This document shows positions 56,220 to 56,235 of a stretch of 56,235 bases of DNA, piece after piece; within the stretch, counting starts at the first letter, position 1, and each line of letters starts with the position of its first letter. The stretch covers positions 1 through 56,235 of the forward strand of contig JBLNCF010000012.1 in the NCBI GenBank assembly GCA_050260455.1, written 5' to 3'. Below the pieces are notes generated by a model. That model ran no database searches, was not told the origin of the DNA, and saw only the letters and a list, made by a program, of their open reading frames with translations. Position numbers and translations under genes: made by a program. This DNA is from Bacillota bacterium. Lineage in GTDB: Bacteria > Patescibacteriota > Minisyncoccia > Phycocordibacterales > Phycocordibacteraceae.

Positions 56220-56235
56220 GCGGCCGATTCAGTGC

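Overview
56-kb chromosomal window from a small-genome bacterium. It is most consistent with Patescibacteria/CPR (Parcubacteria-like); this is an inference from gene content, such as a secretin-less type IV pilus locus and CPR-typical hypotheticals. Genetic code 11. No CRISPR array, integrase, transposase or prophage was seen. Contents in order: end of the spc operon (rplO-secY) with gmk-adk-map-NUDIX-ndk; an unannotated ~135-nt structured RNA that looks like a miniaturised 6S RNA; a beta-CASP nuclease; infC-rpmI-rplT; smpB-ssrA; ftsH; a rare tRNA-Ile(UAU) beside an orphan SAM methyltransferase; recG; malic enzyme; comF plus a full T4P cluster (pilMNOP-B-receiver-T-C, two major-type and four minor pilins, pilD); ligA-gatC-gatA; a membrane-anchored HEPN-like protein; tRNA-fMet; an accessory block (ABC exporter-MazG-MprF-like synthase, triple LuxR-HTH orphan, ArsR-FNR-ArsC); tRNA-Met and tRNA-Asp; and a glycoside hydrolase-PGI/PMI-ROK operon. 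The most striking signals are regulatory. (1) About 23 genes have a TAnnnT box 6-8 nt before the start codon and no SD, i.e. apparent gene-by-gene leaderless transcription. (2) A DnaA-box-like motif sits at a fixed 38-39 nt upstream of the -10 box of pilB and both pilin genes, and a consensus box lies on the opposite strand at pilN. This suggests a pilus regulon possibly coupled to the replication initiator. (3) A perfect 24-bp alternating purine-pyrimidine palindrome occupies the pilB promoter. Protein calls are motif recognition by eye, not database hits.
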